The position numbers and the translations under genes are program-made. A DNA stretch of 64,000 nucleotides from Verrucomicrobiota bacterium (GTDB taxonomy: Bacteria; Auribacterota; JABMQX01; JAFGEW01), in contig JAFGEW010000099.1 in the NCBI GenBank assembly GCA_016931415.1, positions 18,522 to 82,521 on the forward strand, in the 5' to 3' direction. The notes under the pieces are model-generated. The model was not told the DNA's origin. It did not search any database and saw only the letters and a list, made by a program, of their open reading frames with translations. Of this stretch, positions 1-9,383 are shown piece by piece (the stretch's first letter is position 1; each line of letters begins with the position of its first letter).

Positions 1-8
1 AGCATTGG

Positions 9-455
9 ATGCGTGAGGCGTTGCGGGAGGCGGCGAAGGCGGCTGAACGCGACGAGGTGCCGGTCGGATGTGTCATTGTGCACGAGGGGCGCGTGGTCGG
101 GCGGGGGCATAATCAGACGGAGATGCTCCGCGACGCGACGGCGCACGCCGAGATGCTGGCGCTGACGCAGGCGGCCGAGGCGCTGGGCGGCTGGCGGCTC
201 ACGGGTTGCACGCTCTACTGCACGATCGAGCCGTGCACGATGTGCTGCGGGGCGATGGTGCTCAGTCGCGTGACGCGACTCGTGTACGGCGCGGCGGACC
301 CGAAGTTCGGCGCGGTGGTGAGCATCGCCGACGTATTGAACAACCCGCGCCACAACCACAAGGTGCAGGTCATCGGCGGTGTGTGCGCCGATGAGGCGGC
401 TCAGATCATGAAAACCTTCTTCCAGGCGCGTCGCAACAAGAAGGAACCGGACTGA
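9..455 (+). CDS. tadA: tRNA-specific adenosine deaminase (CMP/dCMP deaminase zinc-binding fold)
   Basis: 148 aa. Carries the HAEM..PCxMCxGA zinc-binding deaminase signature (HAEMLAL ... EPCTMCCGAM). Size and motifs are typical of TadA. Confidence 0.85.
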   Translation: MREALREAAKAAERDEVPVGCVIVHEGRVVGRGHNQTEMLRDATAHAEMLALTQAAEALGGWRLTGCTLYCTIEPCTMCCGAMVLSRVTRLVYGAADPKFGAVVSIADVLNNPRHNHKVQVIGGVCADEAAQIMKTFFQARRNKKEPD

Positions 456-619
456 TTCCTGCCCCGTGTCCCCCATGCTCCCCGTGGCGCGTCCTCCAGA
501 TTCCCCAAAACCACGGAGACCACGGGGGACACGGAGGGGGAGTAGGCACACTCTGTGCTTGGCTGTGGTGCCTGTGCAGATCTGTGGTTCTTTCCTTCCG
601 GAATCGGCGGAGGTCGGTT

Positions 620-1543
620 ATGGATTCGATCAAGGTTTTCGCGCCCGCGACGATCGGCAACATCGGCCCCGGCTTCGACGTGCTCGGACTGGCGGTCACG
701 GCGCTGGGCGACACCATCGAGGCGCGCAGGATCCCCGACGGTGTCCGCATCGCCGGGATCACCGGTCTTAACGGCGACATCCCGATCGAGGCCGACAAGA
801 ACACGGCAGGCATCGCGGCGCGCGAAGTGCTTCGACTGATTCACGCCGGTGGCGGGGTCGAGCTCAGGATCCACAAGAACGTCGCCTCGGCTGCCGGGCT
901 GGGCTCGAGCGCGGCGAGTGCGGCGGGCGCGGCGTTCGCCGTCAACGAGCTCTATCAGGGCCGGCTGACGCCCAACGACCTCATCCTGCCGGCAACGATG
1001 GCCGAGGCGGCCGTGAGCGGCGGCTTTTTCGCCGACAACACGGCACCCGCGCTCCTCGGCGGAGCGACACTGACGCGCTGTCACGAGCCGCTCGACGTGG
1101 TGCGGCTCGGTTCGATCCGCGACCTGCTCATCGTGGTGGCGACACCCGAGTTCAAGCTCACAACCAAGAAGGCGCGCGCTGTATTGCCCGAGTATATCCC
1201 GCTCCGGTCGTTCGTCGAGAACATGGCGAACTCGTGCCTCATGGTGGCGGCGTTCACGACGGGCGACATCAGCCTCCTTGGGCGGTGTGTCAGCGACAGC
1301 GTGATCGAGCCGGTGCGCGCGCACCTCATCCCCGGTTTCTACGATGTGAAGTATGCGGCGCTCGATGCCGGCGCGCACGGCTGCTCGATCAGCGGGGCGG
1401 GACCGTCGGTGTTCGCCGTGACGGACAACATCAGCAAGGCGCACACGATCGGCGAAGCGATGGTCAGGGCGTTCGCCGGCGCCAACGTTCAAAGCACGTC
1501 GCAGATCGTGAAGATGGAGAGCGATGGCTGCCGCATCATCTAG
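620..1543 (+). CDS. thrB: homoserine kinase (GHMP kinase family)
   Basis: Start chosen at ATG 620 (MDSIKVFAPATIGNIGPGFDVLGLAV), with a GGAGG RBS 12 nt upstream. The GHMP motif is GLGSSAASAAG. It sits directly upstream of thrC. Confidence 0.8.
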   Translation: MDSIKVFAPATIGNIGPGFDVLGLAVTALGDTIEARRIPDGVRIAGITGLNGDIPIEADKNTAGIAAREVLRLIHAGGGVELRIHKNVASAAGLGSSAASAAGAAFAVNELYQGRLTPNDLILPATMAEAAVSGGFFADNTAPALLGGATLTRCHEPLDVVRLGSIRDLLIVVATPEFKLTTKKARAVLPEYIPLRSFVENMANSCLMVAAFTTGDISLLGRCVSDSVIEPVRAHLIPGFYDVKYAALDAGAHGCSISGAGPSVFAVTDNISKAHTIGEAMVRAFAGANVQSTSQIVKMESDGCRII

Positions 1544-2819
1544 GTCGCGCGCGCGCGACGCGCGTTCGCAATTCCGGTGCATCGAGTGCGCGGCGGTATA
1601 TCCGCTCGACGAGGTGCGCTACCGGTGCGACTGCGGCGGTCTGCTCGAGGTCATCACCGATCTCGCCTCGTTTGGTCGCACCGCCTCCGCGTGGAAGGCG
1701 CACTGGGCGCAACACCGCCATGAGGTGGCCTTCGTCCGCTACAAGGACCTGCTGCTTCCCGACCTTCCCGACGACGAGATCGTGTCGCTTTGCGAGGGGG
1801 ATACGCCGCTCTACCCGGCGGGCGAGCGCGTGCGCGCCTACTGCGGCGTGCGCGAGCTGTGGCTCAAGCACGAGGGGATGAACCCGACGTTGAGCTTCAA
1901 GGACCGCGGGATGGTGGCCGGGGTGTCGTGGGCCAAGCATCTCGGTGCGACACGCGTGATCTGTGCCTCGACGGGCGACACATCTGCGGCGATGGCGGCC
2001 TACGCGGCGCGCGCGGGCATCCTGAGCGCCGTGCTGCTGCCGCACGGCAAGGTGTCGGCCGAGCAGCTCTCTCAGGCGATCACCTACGGCGCGCGCGTCG
2101 TTGAGCTCGAGACGGATTTCGACGGCTGCATGCGCTGCGTGCAGGAGCTCGCTGAAGACCCGCGCGTCTACCTGCTCAACTCGATGAACAGCATCCGCAT
2201 CGAGGGCCAAAAGGCGATCGGCATCGAGACGCTCGATCAACTCGGGTGGCGCGCGCCCGACTACTTCGTCGTGCCTGTCGGCAACGCGGGCAACATTTCG
2301 GCGCTGGGCAAGGGGCTGCGCGACCTGCGGGAGCTCAGCGTCATTGACCGGCTGCCGCGTCTTGTCGGCGCGCAGGCCGAACGGGCGAATCCGCTGTACA
2401 CAAGCTACATCCGCGGCTTCGTGCCGCTCGAGCCGGTCGCCGCAGGCGAGACGGTCGCCAGTGCGATGCGGATCGGCAACCCGGTGAGCTTCAAGAAGGC
2501 CGTGCGCGAACTCAAGGCGAGCAACGGGCTTGTCGAGCAGGCGAGCGAGGACGAGATCATGGATGCGCGCGCCGTCGTGGACCAGAGTGGCGTGGCCATC
2601 TGCCCCAACTCGGCGACAGCCGTGGCCGTCGTACGCAAGCTGCGGATCAGCGGCGCGATCGCCGAGGACTCGAGCGTCGTCGTGATGCTGACGGGCCATG
2701 GCGCGAAGTTCTCCGACAGCGCGCGCCGCTATCACGAGAGCGCCACGTCGCGGTTCGCCAATCACCCGGTGGTCGTCGGTGCCCACCTCGCCACTGTGCG
2801 CGAGACGCTCGGGCTGTAG
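1524..2819 (+). CDS. thrC: threonine synthase (PLP-dependent), with N-terminal Cys4 zinc-ribbon
   Basis: 431 aa. FKDRGM, the PLP lysine motif, is present along with fold-type II PLP enzyme features. It overlaps the thrB stop by 20 nt. The N-terminus reads FRCIECAAVY..YRCDCGG. Confidence 0.85.
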   Translation: MAAASSRSRARDARSQFRCIECAAVYPLDEVRYRCDCGGLLEVITDLASFGRTASAWKAHWAQHRHEVAFVRYKDLLLPDLPDDEIVSLCEGDTPLYPAGERVRAYCGVRELWLKHEGMNPTLSFKDRGMVAGVSWAKHLGATRVICASTGDTSAAMAAYAARAGILSAVLLPHGKVSAEQLSQAITYGARVVELETDFDGCMRCVQELAEDPRVYLLNSMNSIRIEGQKAIGIETLDQLGWRAPDYFVVPVGNAGNISALGKGLRDLRELSVIDRLPRLVGAQAERANPLYTSYIRGFVPLEPVAAGETVASAMRIGNPVSFKKAVRELKASNGLVEQASEDEIMDARAVVDQSGVAICPNSATAVAVVRKLRISGAIAEDSSVVVMLTGHGAKFSDSARRYHESATSRFANHPVVVGAHLATVRETLGL

Positions 2820-2867
2820 GACGGGAGAACCACGAGGCGCACGAAGAACACGGGGCAAGCTCTTCCC

Positions 2868-2896
2868 TTGACCTGCCTGAGGCTCCGCTTTATTGT
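2868..2896 (+). promoter_or_regulatory. sigma70-like promoter for tRNA-Ser (TTGACC-17nt-TATTGT)
   Basis: TTGACC at 2868-2873, a 17-nt spacer, and TATTGT at 2891-2896. The tRNA 5' end lies 14 nt downstream. Confidence 0.35.
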
Positions 2897-2910
2897 ACGG
2901 CACCACTCAC

Positions 2911-3000
2911 GGAGAGGTGCCAGAGTGGTCGAATGGGGCGGTCTCGAAAACCGTTGACCTGGTAACAGGTCCGTGGGTTCGAATCCCACCCTCTCCGCCA
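2911..3000 (+). tRNA. tRNA-Ser (anticodon CGA)
   Basis: Acceptor stem GGAGAGG pairs with CCTCTCC, followed by a G discriminator and an encoded CCA. Anticodon stem is gcggt/accgt with loop ctCGAaa. The long variable arm is typical of class II tRNAs. T-loop is GTTCGAATC. Confidence 0.85.
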
Positions 3001-3255
3001 TGCTGTTCATCAACGCGTTCTCTGGAGGCATGCTGCGACAACGCACATCCTGCAACACATGCCAACACCCTGCCGCAGTCGGCCGCTTGCGCCAGGGAAG
3101 GACAGAGCCTGTGCCGGGTGGGAAGGCGATGGCTCGCCACGAGGTCGCGGGATGCTCTGGAAGTCGAGCGGATCCCTGATGCATGAAGGCATTGCTGCAT
3201 GGAGAACCTGATCGGGTCGCGGCCCAGCCACTGAAGCAGCGGGGGCTGGAGAGAA

Positions 3256-3288
3256 GCCGCGTTCTGACGGAAGAACGCGTGCTTTTTC
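3256..3288 (+). terminator. rho-independent terminator after tRNA-Ser
   Basis: Hairpin gcgttct-gacgg-aagaacgc followed by GTGCTTTTT. Confidence 0.5.
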
Positions 3289-3327
3289 GCTGGACTTGTG
3301 GTGGGGCTGGTTGTATAAGACGAGGAT

Positions 3328-3343
3328 TGTGAAATAATTCACG
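3328..3343. promoter_or_regulatory. CRP/FNR-family palindromic operator upstream of the hox operon (TGTGA-N6-TCACG)
   Basis: TGTGAaataatTCACg is an imperfect 16-bp palindrome matching the CRP consensus TGTGA-N6-TCACA. Its centre is about 60 bp upstream of the hoxF ATG. Confidence 0.4.
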
Positions 3344-3397
3344 AATTGACGACTTGGCGCGTCGTCCAGGTTCGAACCGAGCGAACAGAGGTAGTGC

Positions 3398-5212
3398 ATG
3401 AGCGGTCTTGAAGCGGAAATCAAGGCGATCTGCAAGGCGGTCGGCAATGATCGAACACGTACAATGGACATCGTGCGCGCCGTGCAGGACAAGCACGGCT
3501 GCGTCTCGAGCGAAGCAATCGACGTGATCGCCAAGCAGGTGGGCACGCCGCGGGTCGAGGTCGAGGGCGTGGTTTCGTTCTACTCGTTCCTCTCCGAGCA
3601 GCCCAAGGGCAAGGTGGTCATCCGGCTCTGTCACGACATTATTGATCAGATGCAGGGGTGCGACCGGGTGGCGCAGGCGTTCGCGGAGGAGCTGGGGATC
3701 GCGTTTGGCGAGACTACGCCGGACGGGATGATCTCGCTCGAGTACGCGGCTTGCATCGGGATGAGCGATCAGGCGCCGGCGGCGTTGGTCAATGACGTGG
3801 TGGTGACGCACCTGTCGAGCGACGCGGCGCGCGAGATCGTGCGCAAGCTCAAAGCGGACCCGGATCCGAAGCGCCTCGTGGCGAGCTTGGGCGACGGCAA
3901 CAACGCCCACCCCAAAGTGCAGTCCATGGTGATGAACAACATCCGCGTGCGCGGACCCGTCGTGTTGGCCGACTTCGATTCCGGCGAGGGGCTGCGCAAG
4001 GCAGTGGCGATGACACCGGCTGAGGTGATCCGCGACATCAAGACGGCGCGGCTGCGCGGCCGGGGCGGCGCGGGTTTCCCGACGGGGCTCAAGTGGGAGT
4101 TCACACGCAAGGCATCCGGCGATCAGCGCTACGTGCTGTGCAACGCCGACGAGGGCGAGCCGGGCACGTTCAAGGACCGTGTGATTCTGACCGAGCACCC
4201 GGACCTTATGTTCGAGGGCATGACGATCGCCGGCTACGCCATCGGCGCAGAGACGGGCATTGTGTATCTGCGCGGCGAGTACGCATATCTGCGCGCGTTT
4301 CTCGAGGAGGTGCTCGAGACGAGGCGCAAACAGGGGTTGCTCGGCAGGAACGTGTGCCGCAAGGAGGGCTTCAACTTCGACATCCGCATCCAGATGGGTG
4401 CGGGCGCCTATGTGTGCGGCGAGGAGACCGCGCTGATCAGCTCTTGCGAGGGCAAGCGCGGCGACCCGAAGAACCGCCCCCCCTTCCCGGCGCAGAAGGG
4501 CTACCTCGATGGGCCGACGGTGGTGAACAACGTCGAGACGTTCTGTTGCGTCTCGCGTATCCTCGAGAAGGGGCCAGGTTGGTTCGCCGAGTCGGGCTCG
4601 AAGGGCAGTGCGGGCACAAAGCTCCTGAGTATCGCGGGCGATTGCCGCCGGCCGGGCGTCTACGAACTGCCCTTCGGCGTGACGCTGCGCGAGGTGCTCG
4701 ATCTGGCCGGTGCGAGCGACGCGGCCGCCGTGCAGGTCGGCGGGCCGAGCGGCCAGCTTGTCGGGCCGAAAGACTTCGATCGCATGATCTGCTACGACGA
4801 CCTGGCCACAGGCGGCTCGATTATGGTGTTTGGCCCGGAACGCAACGTGCTCGAGGTCGTGCGCGAGTTCCTTGAGTTCTTCGTCGACGAGAGCTGCGGC
4901 TACTGCACGCCGTGCCGCGTGGGCAACGTGCTCATGAAGGAGCGCGTCGAGCAGATCATCGCCGGGCGCGGCGAGCCGGCCGATCTCGACTACCTCCAGG
5001 AACTGGCCGAGACGGTCAAGGCGTGCAGCCGGTGCGGGTTGGGGCAGACGTCGCCCAACCCGGTGCTGACGACGCTCAAGAACTTCCGGCCGGCCTACGA
5101 GGCGCTCGTGAAACAGGACAAGGACGGCTTCCGGCCCACGTTCGTGCTGAGCGAGGCGGTGGGCGATGCGGAAGCGATTAGCGGACGAAAATCAGTCCAC
5201 ACTCACCAATAG
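3398..5212 (+). CDS. hoxF: NAD(P)-reducing [NiFe] hydrogenase diaphorase subunit HoxF (NuoE-like N-domain fused to NuoF-like FMN/NAD domain)
   Basis: 604 aa. The N-terminal part is a thioredoxin-like [2Fe-2S] NuoE-type domain. The FMN site is GRGGAGFPTGLKWEF, followed by the ESCGYCTPCR [4Fe-4S] motif. It is the first gene of the hoxFUYH cluster. Confidence 0.85.
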   Translation: MSGLEAEIKAICKAVGNDRTRTMDIVRAVQDKHGCVSSEAIDVIAKQVGTPRVEVEGVVSFYSFLSEQPKGKVVIRLCHDIIDQMQGCDRVAQAFAEELGIAFGETTPDGMISLEYAACIGMSDQAPAALVNDVVVTHLSSDAAREIVRKLKADPDPKRLVASLGDGNNAHPKVQSMVMNNIRVRGPVVLADFDSGEGLRKAVAMTPAEVIRDIKTARLRGRGGAGFPTGLKWEFTRKASGDQRYVLCNADEGEPGTFKDRVILTEHPDLMFEGMTIAGYAIGAETGIVYLRGEYAYLRAFLEEVLETRRKQGLLGRNVCRKEGFNFDIRIQMGAGAYVCGEETALISSCEGKRGDPKNRPPFPAQKGYLDGPTVVNNVETFCCVSRILEKGPGWFAESGSKGSAGTKLLSIAGDCRRPGVYELPFGVTLREVLDLAGASDAAAVQVGGPSGQLVGPKDFDRMICYDDLATGGSIMVFGPERNVLEVVREFLEFFVDESCGYCTPCRVGNVLMKERVEQIIAGRGEPADLDYLQELAETVKACSRCGLGQTSPNPVLTTLKNFRPAYEALVKQDKDGFRPTFVLSEAVGDAEAISGRKSVHTHQ

Positions 5213-5221
5213 GTTTTCAGG

Positions 5222-5932
5222 ATGAGCGAGACGATCCCAATCACCATCGACGGGGTGGAGGTCCAGGCGAAGCCGGGCCAGACCATCCTCGAGGCGGCCG
5301 ACGCGGCGGGCATCTACATCCCGCGGCTCTGTTACCAGAAAGACCTCGTGCCGTTCGGCGCGTGCCGCGTGTGTACGGTGCTCGTCAACGGGCGGCCGCA
5401 GCCGGCGTGTACGCAGCCGGTGGCGCCGGAGATGGTTATCGACAACAGCAGCGAGAAGGTACAGACGTACCGGCGCAACATCATCGAGATGCTGTTCGTC
5501 GAGGGCAACCACTTCTGCATGTTCTGCGAGAAGAGCGGCAACTGCGAGCTCCAGGCGCTCGCGTACCGGTTCGGGATTACGGCGCCAAAGTACCCGTTCC
5601 TGTTTCCGAAGCGCGAGGTTGACGCGTCGCACCCGGACATCTTCGTCGACCATAACCGCTGCATCCTGTGCGCACGCTGCGTGCGGGCCTCGCGCGATGT
5701 GGACGGCAAGAACGTGTTCGGTTTTGTCGGGCGCGGGCCGCACAAGAAGGTGGCGGTCAATGCCGACGCCAACCTGGGCGGGACCGACGCGGCGGCAACC
5801 GACAAGGCGCTGGACATCTGCCCAGTGGGCGCGCTGATGCGCAAGCGCGTCGGCTACGCCGTGCCCGTCGGCCAGCGCGACTACGACACAAAGCCGATCG
5901 GCTCGGACATCGAGACGTCGAAAGCCAAGTGA
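5222..5932 (+). CDS. hoxU: hydrogenase diaphorase iron-sulfur subunit HoxU (NuoG N-terminal-like, 2Fe-2S + 4Fe-4S)
   Basis: 236 aa. Cysteine motif for the 2Fe-2S cluster is CYQKDLVPFGACRVC..C. A His-ligated cluster motif (HFCMFCEKSGNC) is present, followed by CILCARCVRAS. Confidence 0.8.
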   Translation: MSETIPITIDGVEVQAKPGQTILEAADAAGIYIPRLCYQKDLVPFGACRVCTVLVNGRPQPACTQPVAPEMVIDNSSEKVQTYRRNIIEMLFVEGNHFCMFCEKSGNCELQALAYRFGITAPKYPFLFPKREVDASHPDIFVDHNRCILCARCVRASRDVDGKNVFGFVGRGPHKKVAVNADANLGGTDAAATDKALDICPVGALMRKRVGYAVPVGQRDYDTKPIGSDIETSKAK

Positions 5933-5943
5933 GGACGAGGACG

Positions 5944-6489
5944 ATGGCGAAACCGAAGGTTGCAACGACATCGCTGGCCGGCTGTTTCGGCTGTCACATG
6001 TCGATTCTGGACATTGACGAGCGGATCCTCAAGCTCGTCGAACTGGTGGACTTCGATAAGTCGCCCATCAACGACATCAAGAAGTTCACGGGGCGGTGCG
6101 CGGTGGGCCTTATCGAGGGCGGCTGCGCGAACGAGGAGAACGTTGAGGTGCTACGCGAGTTCCGCAAGCACTGCGACGTCCTCATCGCCGTGGGCGAGTG
6201 CGCCATCATGGGCGACATCCCGGCGATGCGAAACATGGTGCCGCTCAAAGAGTGTCTCGATGAGGCGTACCTGAACGGACCGAGCGTGTACAACCCGAGC
6301 GGGCAGGTGCCGAACGACCCGGAGATCCCGCTGCTCCTGAACAAGGTGTATCCGATCAATGAGGTCGTGAAGATTGACTACTTCCTGCCGGGGTGCCCGC
6401 CGTCAGCGGACACGATCTGGCAGGCGCTCACGGCGCTGCTCGGCGGCAAGCCCGTCGAGCTGCCCTACGAGCTTATCAAGTACGACTGA
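5944..6489 (+). CDS. hoxY: [NiFe] hydrogenase small subunit, group 3d (HoxY)
   Basis: MAKPKVATTSLAGCFGCHMS is the typical N-terminus of a short small subunit. It lies between hoxU and hoxH. About 181 aa. Confidence 0.8.
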   Translation: MAKPKVATTSLAGCFGCHMSILDIDERILKLVELVDFDKSPINDIKKFTGRCAVGLIEGGCANEENVEVLREFRKHCDVLIAVGECAIMGDIPAMRNMVPLKECLDEAYLNGPSVYNPSGQVPNDPEIPLLLNKVYPINEVVKIDYFLPGCPPSADTIWQALTALLGGKPVELPYELIKYD

Positions 6490-6508
6490 GCCGATTCGGA
6501 GGACAACG

Positions 6509-7954
6509 GTGGCTTCGACCAATGGCTTGAAACGGATAGCGATTGAGCCGGTGACCCGCGTCGAGGGGCACGGCAAGGTAACCATCCTGCTTGACGCGCA
6601 GAACCGCGTCAAGCAGGCGCGGCTGCACATCGTGGAGTTCCGCGGCTTCGAGCGGTTTATTCAGGGTCGCCTGTTCTGGGAGGTCCCGGTCATCGTGCAG
6701 CGTCTGTGCGGCATCTGCCCGGTGAGCCATCACCTCGCGGGCGCCAAGGCGATGGACCAGATTGTCGGCGGCGAGAACCTCACGCCGACAGCGGAGAAGG
6801 TCCGGCGCCTGATGCACTATGGGCAGACGCTCCAGTCGCATGCGCTCCACTTCTTCCACTTGTGCTCGCCCGACCTGCTGTTCGGGTTCGACGCCGACCC
6901 GGCGATCCGCAACGTGATCGGCGTGGCGGCCAAGTATCCCGAGCTGGCGGTGCAGGGCGTCATGCTGCGCAAGTACGGCCAGGAGATCATCAAGGTCACA
7001 GCGGGCAAGAAGATCCACGGCACGGGCGCGATCCCGGGCGGCGTGAACAAAAACGTCTCCATTGCCGAGCGCGATGCGCTGCTCAAGGACCTCGACCAGA
7101 ACGTCACGTGGGCGCGCAGCGCGCTCAAGCTCGCCAAGGACTATACCGTCGAGCACCTCGAGACGCTGGCGCCGTTCGGGTCGTTTGACTCGAACCACCT
7201 GTCGCTCGTGCGCGCCGATGGGGCAATGGACCTCTATCACGGCAACCTCAAGGCGATCGACGCGGCGGGCAAGGCGATCTTCGACCAGGTTGACTACCAG
7301 AACTACCTCGACTACATCGCCGAGGAAGTGCGGCCCTGGTCGTACATGAAGTTCCCGTTCATCAAGTCGCTCGGGCCGGAGAACGGCTGGTACCGCGTCG
7401 GGCCGCTCGCGCGGCTCAACACGGCCAAGTTCATCGACACGCCCGAGGCCGAGGCGGCGCGCAAGGAGTTCGTAGCCGTCACCGACGGCAAGCCGAACAA
7501 CATCACGATGGCCTACCACTGGGCGCGCCTGATCGAGCTGCTCCACTCGGTCGAGAAGATCAAGGAATTGCTCCACGACCCGGACCTGCAGGGGACGGAT
7601 CTCGTGGTCAAGGGCGAGCGGCGGAATGAAGGGATCGGCCTGATCGAGGCGCCGCGCGGGACGCTGTTCCACCACTACAAGGTGAACGAGAACGATCAGA
7701 TCACGATGGCGAACCTGATCGTTTCGACGACGAACAATAACGAGCCGATGAACCGCGCCGTGCAGCGGGTGGCCGCCGACCACATCTCGGGCAAGCCCGA
7801 AGTGACCGAGGGGCTGCTCAACCACGTCGAGGTGGCGATCCGGGCCTACGATCCGTGCCTGTCGTGCGCGACGCATGCGCTTGGCAAAATGCCGCTCGTT
7901 GTCGAACTGGTTGACTGCGAGGGCAAGCTGGTCGACCGGCGCGCGAAAGGGTAA
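6509..7954 (+). CDS. hoxH: [NiFe] hydrogenase large subunit, group 3d (HoxH)
   Basis: GTG start with a GGAGG RBS. N-terminal RVEGHGK is present along with RxCGxC (RLCGICPVSHH). The C-terminal Ni-binding motif is DPCLSCATH followed by a cleavable tail. Confidence 0.85.
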   Translation: MASTNGLKRIAIEPVTRVEGHGKVTILLDAQNRVKQARLHIVEFRGFERFIQGRLFWEVPVIVQRLCGICPVSHHLAGAKAMDQIVGGENLTPTAEKVRRLMHYGQTLQSHALHFFHLCSPDLLFGFDADPAIRNVIGVAAKYPELAVQGVMLRKYGQEIIKVTAGKKIHGTGAIPGGVNKNVSIAERDALLKDLDQNVTWARSALKLAKDYTVEHLETLAPFGSFDSNHLSLVRADGAMDLYHGNLKAIDAAGKAIFDQVDYQNYLDYIAEEVRPWSYMKFPFIKSLGPENGWYRVGPLARLNTAKFIDTPEAEAARKEFVAVTDGKPNNITMAYHWARLIELLHSVEKIKELLHDPDLQGTDLVVKGERRNEGIGLIEAPRGTLFHHYKVNENDQITMANLIVSTTNNNEPMNRAVQRVAADHISGKPEVTEGLLNHVEVAIRAYDPCLSCATHALGKMPLVVELVDCEGKLVDRRAKG

Positions 7955-7958
7955 TGTG

Positions 7959-8435
7959 ATGGGTAAGGGCGGTCGGCGCGTACTCGTGATCGGGTACGGC
8001 AATCCGGGCCGCCTCGACGATGGGCTCGGCCCGGCCTTTGCGCGCGAGCTCGAGCGGGCCGGCTTGCCGGGCGTCACGGTCGACGCCGACTACCAGTTGG
8101 CCGTCGAGGACGCGCAGGCGGTGGCCGAGCACGAGGTGGTTGTCTTCGTCGATGCGAGCCTCACGGCGCCTGAGCCGTTCACGTTCCGGCGCATCGAGGC
8201 GAACGCGGGCGGGCAGTTCAGCAGCCACATCGTCGAGCCTGAGGGCGTGCTCGCATTGGCGCAGCAGCTCTTCGGCGCGACGACCGAGGCATACGTGCTC
8301 GGCATTCGGGGCTACGTGTTCGACGAGTTCGGCGAGACGATCTCGGAGCAGGCCCAGGCCAATCTCGCGGCGGCGCTCGCCTTTCTCGAGCGTGTGATCG
8401 GCGAGGGCTCGTTCAGCGAGGCGGCGAAGTCGTGA
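7959..8435 (+). CDS. hoxW: hydrogenase maturation endopeptidase (HoxW/HybD/HycI family)
   Basis: 158 aa. VLVIGYGNPGRLDDGLG is the conserved protease N-terminal motif. It starts 4 nt after the hoxH stop. Confidence 0.75.
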   Translation: MGKGGRRVLVIGYGNPGRLDDGLGPAFARELERAGLPGVTVDADYQLAVEDAQAVAEHEVVVFVDASLTAPEPFTFRRIEANAGGQFSSHIVEPEGVLALAQQLFGATTEAYVLGIRGYVFDEFGETISEQAQANLAAALAFLERVIGEGSFSEAAKS

Positions 8436-8482
8436 AAAGGGTAATCGGTGTTGGATGCCACACCTTCCGATGAGGACGGACC

Positions 8483-8857
8483 ATGCAAGACGGCAAGTAC
8501 GTAATCCTCTGTATTGACGACGACCAGGACATCCTTGAGTCGCTGCGGCTTGTGCTCGAGGCCAACGGCTACATCATGCTCGGCGCGGCGACGGGCGAGG
8601 AGGGTCTGCGCATCTACAAGCAGACGAAGCCGGACCTGCTCATCGTTGACCTGATGATGGAAGAGGTGGACGCCGGCACGAGCTTTGTCAGGGAGCTCAA
8701 GGCCTCCGGCAACACGGCGCCGATCTACATGCTCAGCTCGGTGGGTGACAGCCTCAACCTGAGCGCGGATTACTCCGAGCTCGGGCTCACGGGCGTGTTC
8801 CAGAAGCCGATCGACCCGGAGACGCTGCTCACTATCCTTCGCAAGAAGCTCAAGTAG
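8483..8857 (+). CDS. stand-alone response-regulator receiver domain (CheY-like)
   Basis: 124 aa. Contains the DD acidic pair (CIDDDQD), the phospho-acceptor Asp in LLIVDLMM, and the conserved Lys (FQKP). No output domain is present. Confidence 0.75.
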   Translation: MQDGKYVILCIDDDQDILESLRLVLEANGYIMLGAATGEEGLRIYKQTKPDLLIVDLMMEEVDAGTSFVRELKASGNTAPIYMLSSVGDSLNLSADYSELGLTGVFQKPIDPETLLTILRKKLK

Positions 8858-8927
8858 GCACGCGGACCGGTCGGAACCGCCTCACGAGGCCGCCACTCTC
8901 TGATAGAGGGTCTGTCCGCCGTGGACG

Positions 8928-9383
8928 ATGCAGTCCCGGATGGCCCTGGATGAGACGCGCGCGAGAACGATGGCCGAGCAGAAGACGATCCTCATCATCG
9001 ACGACGATCCCGACGTGCTCGAGGGGATGCGCCTGCCGCTCGAAGTGGGCGGCTACAATGTCGTTGTGGCCACGAGCGGCGAGGAGGGGTTGGCCAAGGT
9101 GCTCGAGTGCGCGCCGAACCTTGTCATCCTCGACGTCATGATGTTCACGCCGACTGAGGGGTTTCACGTCGCCCATACGCTGCGCAGCGATCATCCGGAC
9201 TCGCCCTATGCCAAGTACCGCACCGTGCCGATCCTCATCGTGGCCGCCACCCATCAAGTGACGTCTCTCAGGCCTCATCTCGAAGGCGACGAGGGCGTTT
9301 TGCCGGCCGATGACTTCGTCGAGACACCCGTGGACCCCAAGGCGCTGCTCACGAAGATCGGCAGGTTGCTTGGCGCCCGATAA
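8928..9383 (+). CDS. stand-alone response-regulator receiver domain (second copy; start may be at ATG 8970)
   Basis: ILIIDDDPDVLEGM ... LVILDVMM receiver signature with no output domain. It is adjacent to the first receiver gene. Confidence 0.7.
   Translation: MQSRMALDETRARTMAEQKTILIIDDDPDVLEGMRLPLEVGGYNVVVATSGEEGLAKVLECAPNLVILDVMMFTPTEGFHVAHTLRSDHPDSPYAKYRTVPILIVAATHQVTSLRPHLEGDEGVLPADDFVETPVDPKALLTKIGRLLGAR

Noticed and set aside
3010-3546. 178-aa minus-strand ORF covering the tRNA-Ser / hox promoter region
   Set aside because: It overlaps a tRNA gene and the hoxF start. There is no RBS and no motif. The region is better explained as regulatory DNA.
401-4198. Long minus-strand ORFs 401..1582, 1536..2906 and 2762..4198 antisense to thrB, thrC, the tRNA-Ser gene and hoxF
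   Set aside because: They run through a tRNA gene and through well-supported plus-strand genes. Low-complexity R/A/G/D-rich translations are characteristic of high-GC antisense frames.
6476-8228. Minus-strand ORFs 6476..8077 (533 aa) and 7818..8228 opposite hoxH/hoxW
   Set aside because: The hoxH frame has the RxCGxC and DPCxxC Ni-site motifs. The antisense frame is featureless.
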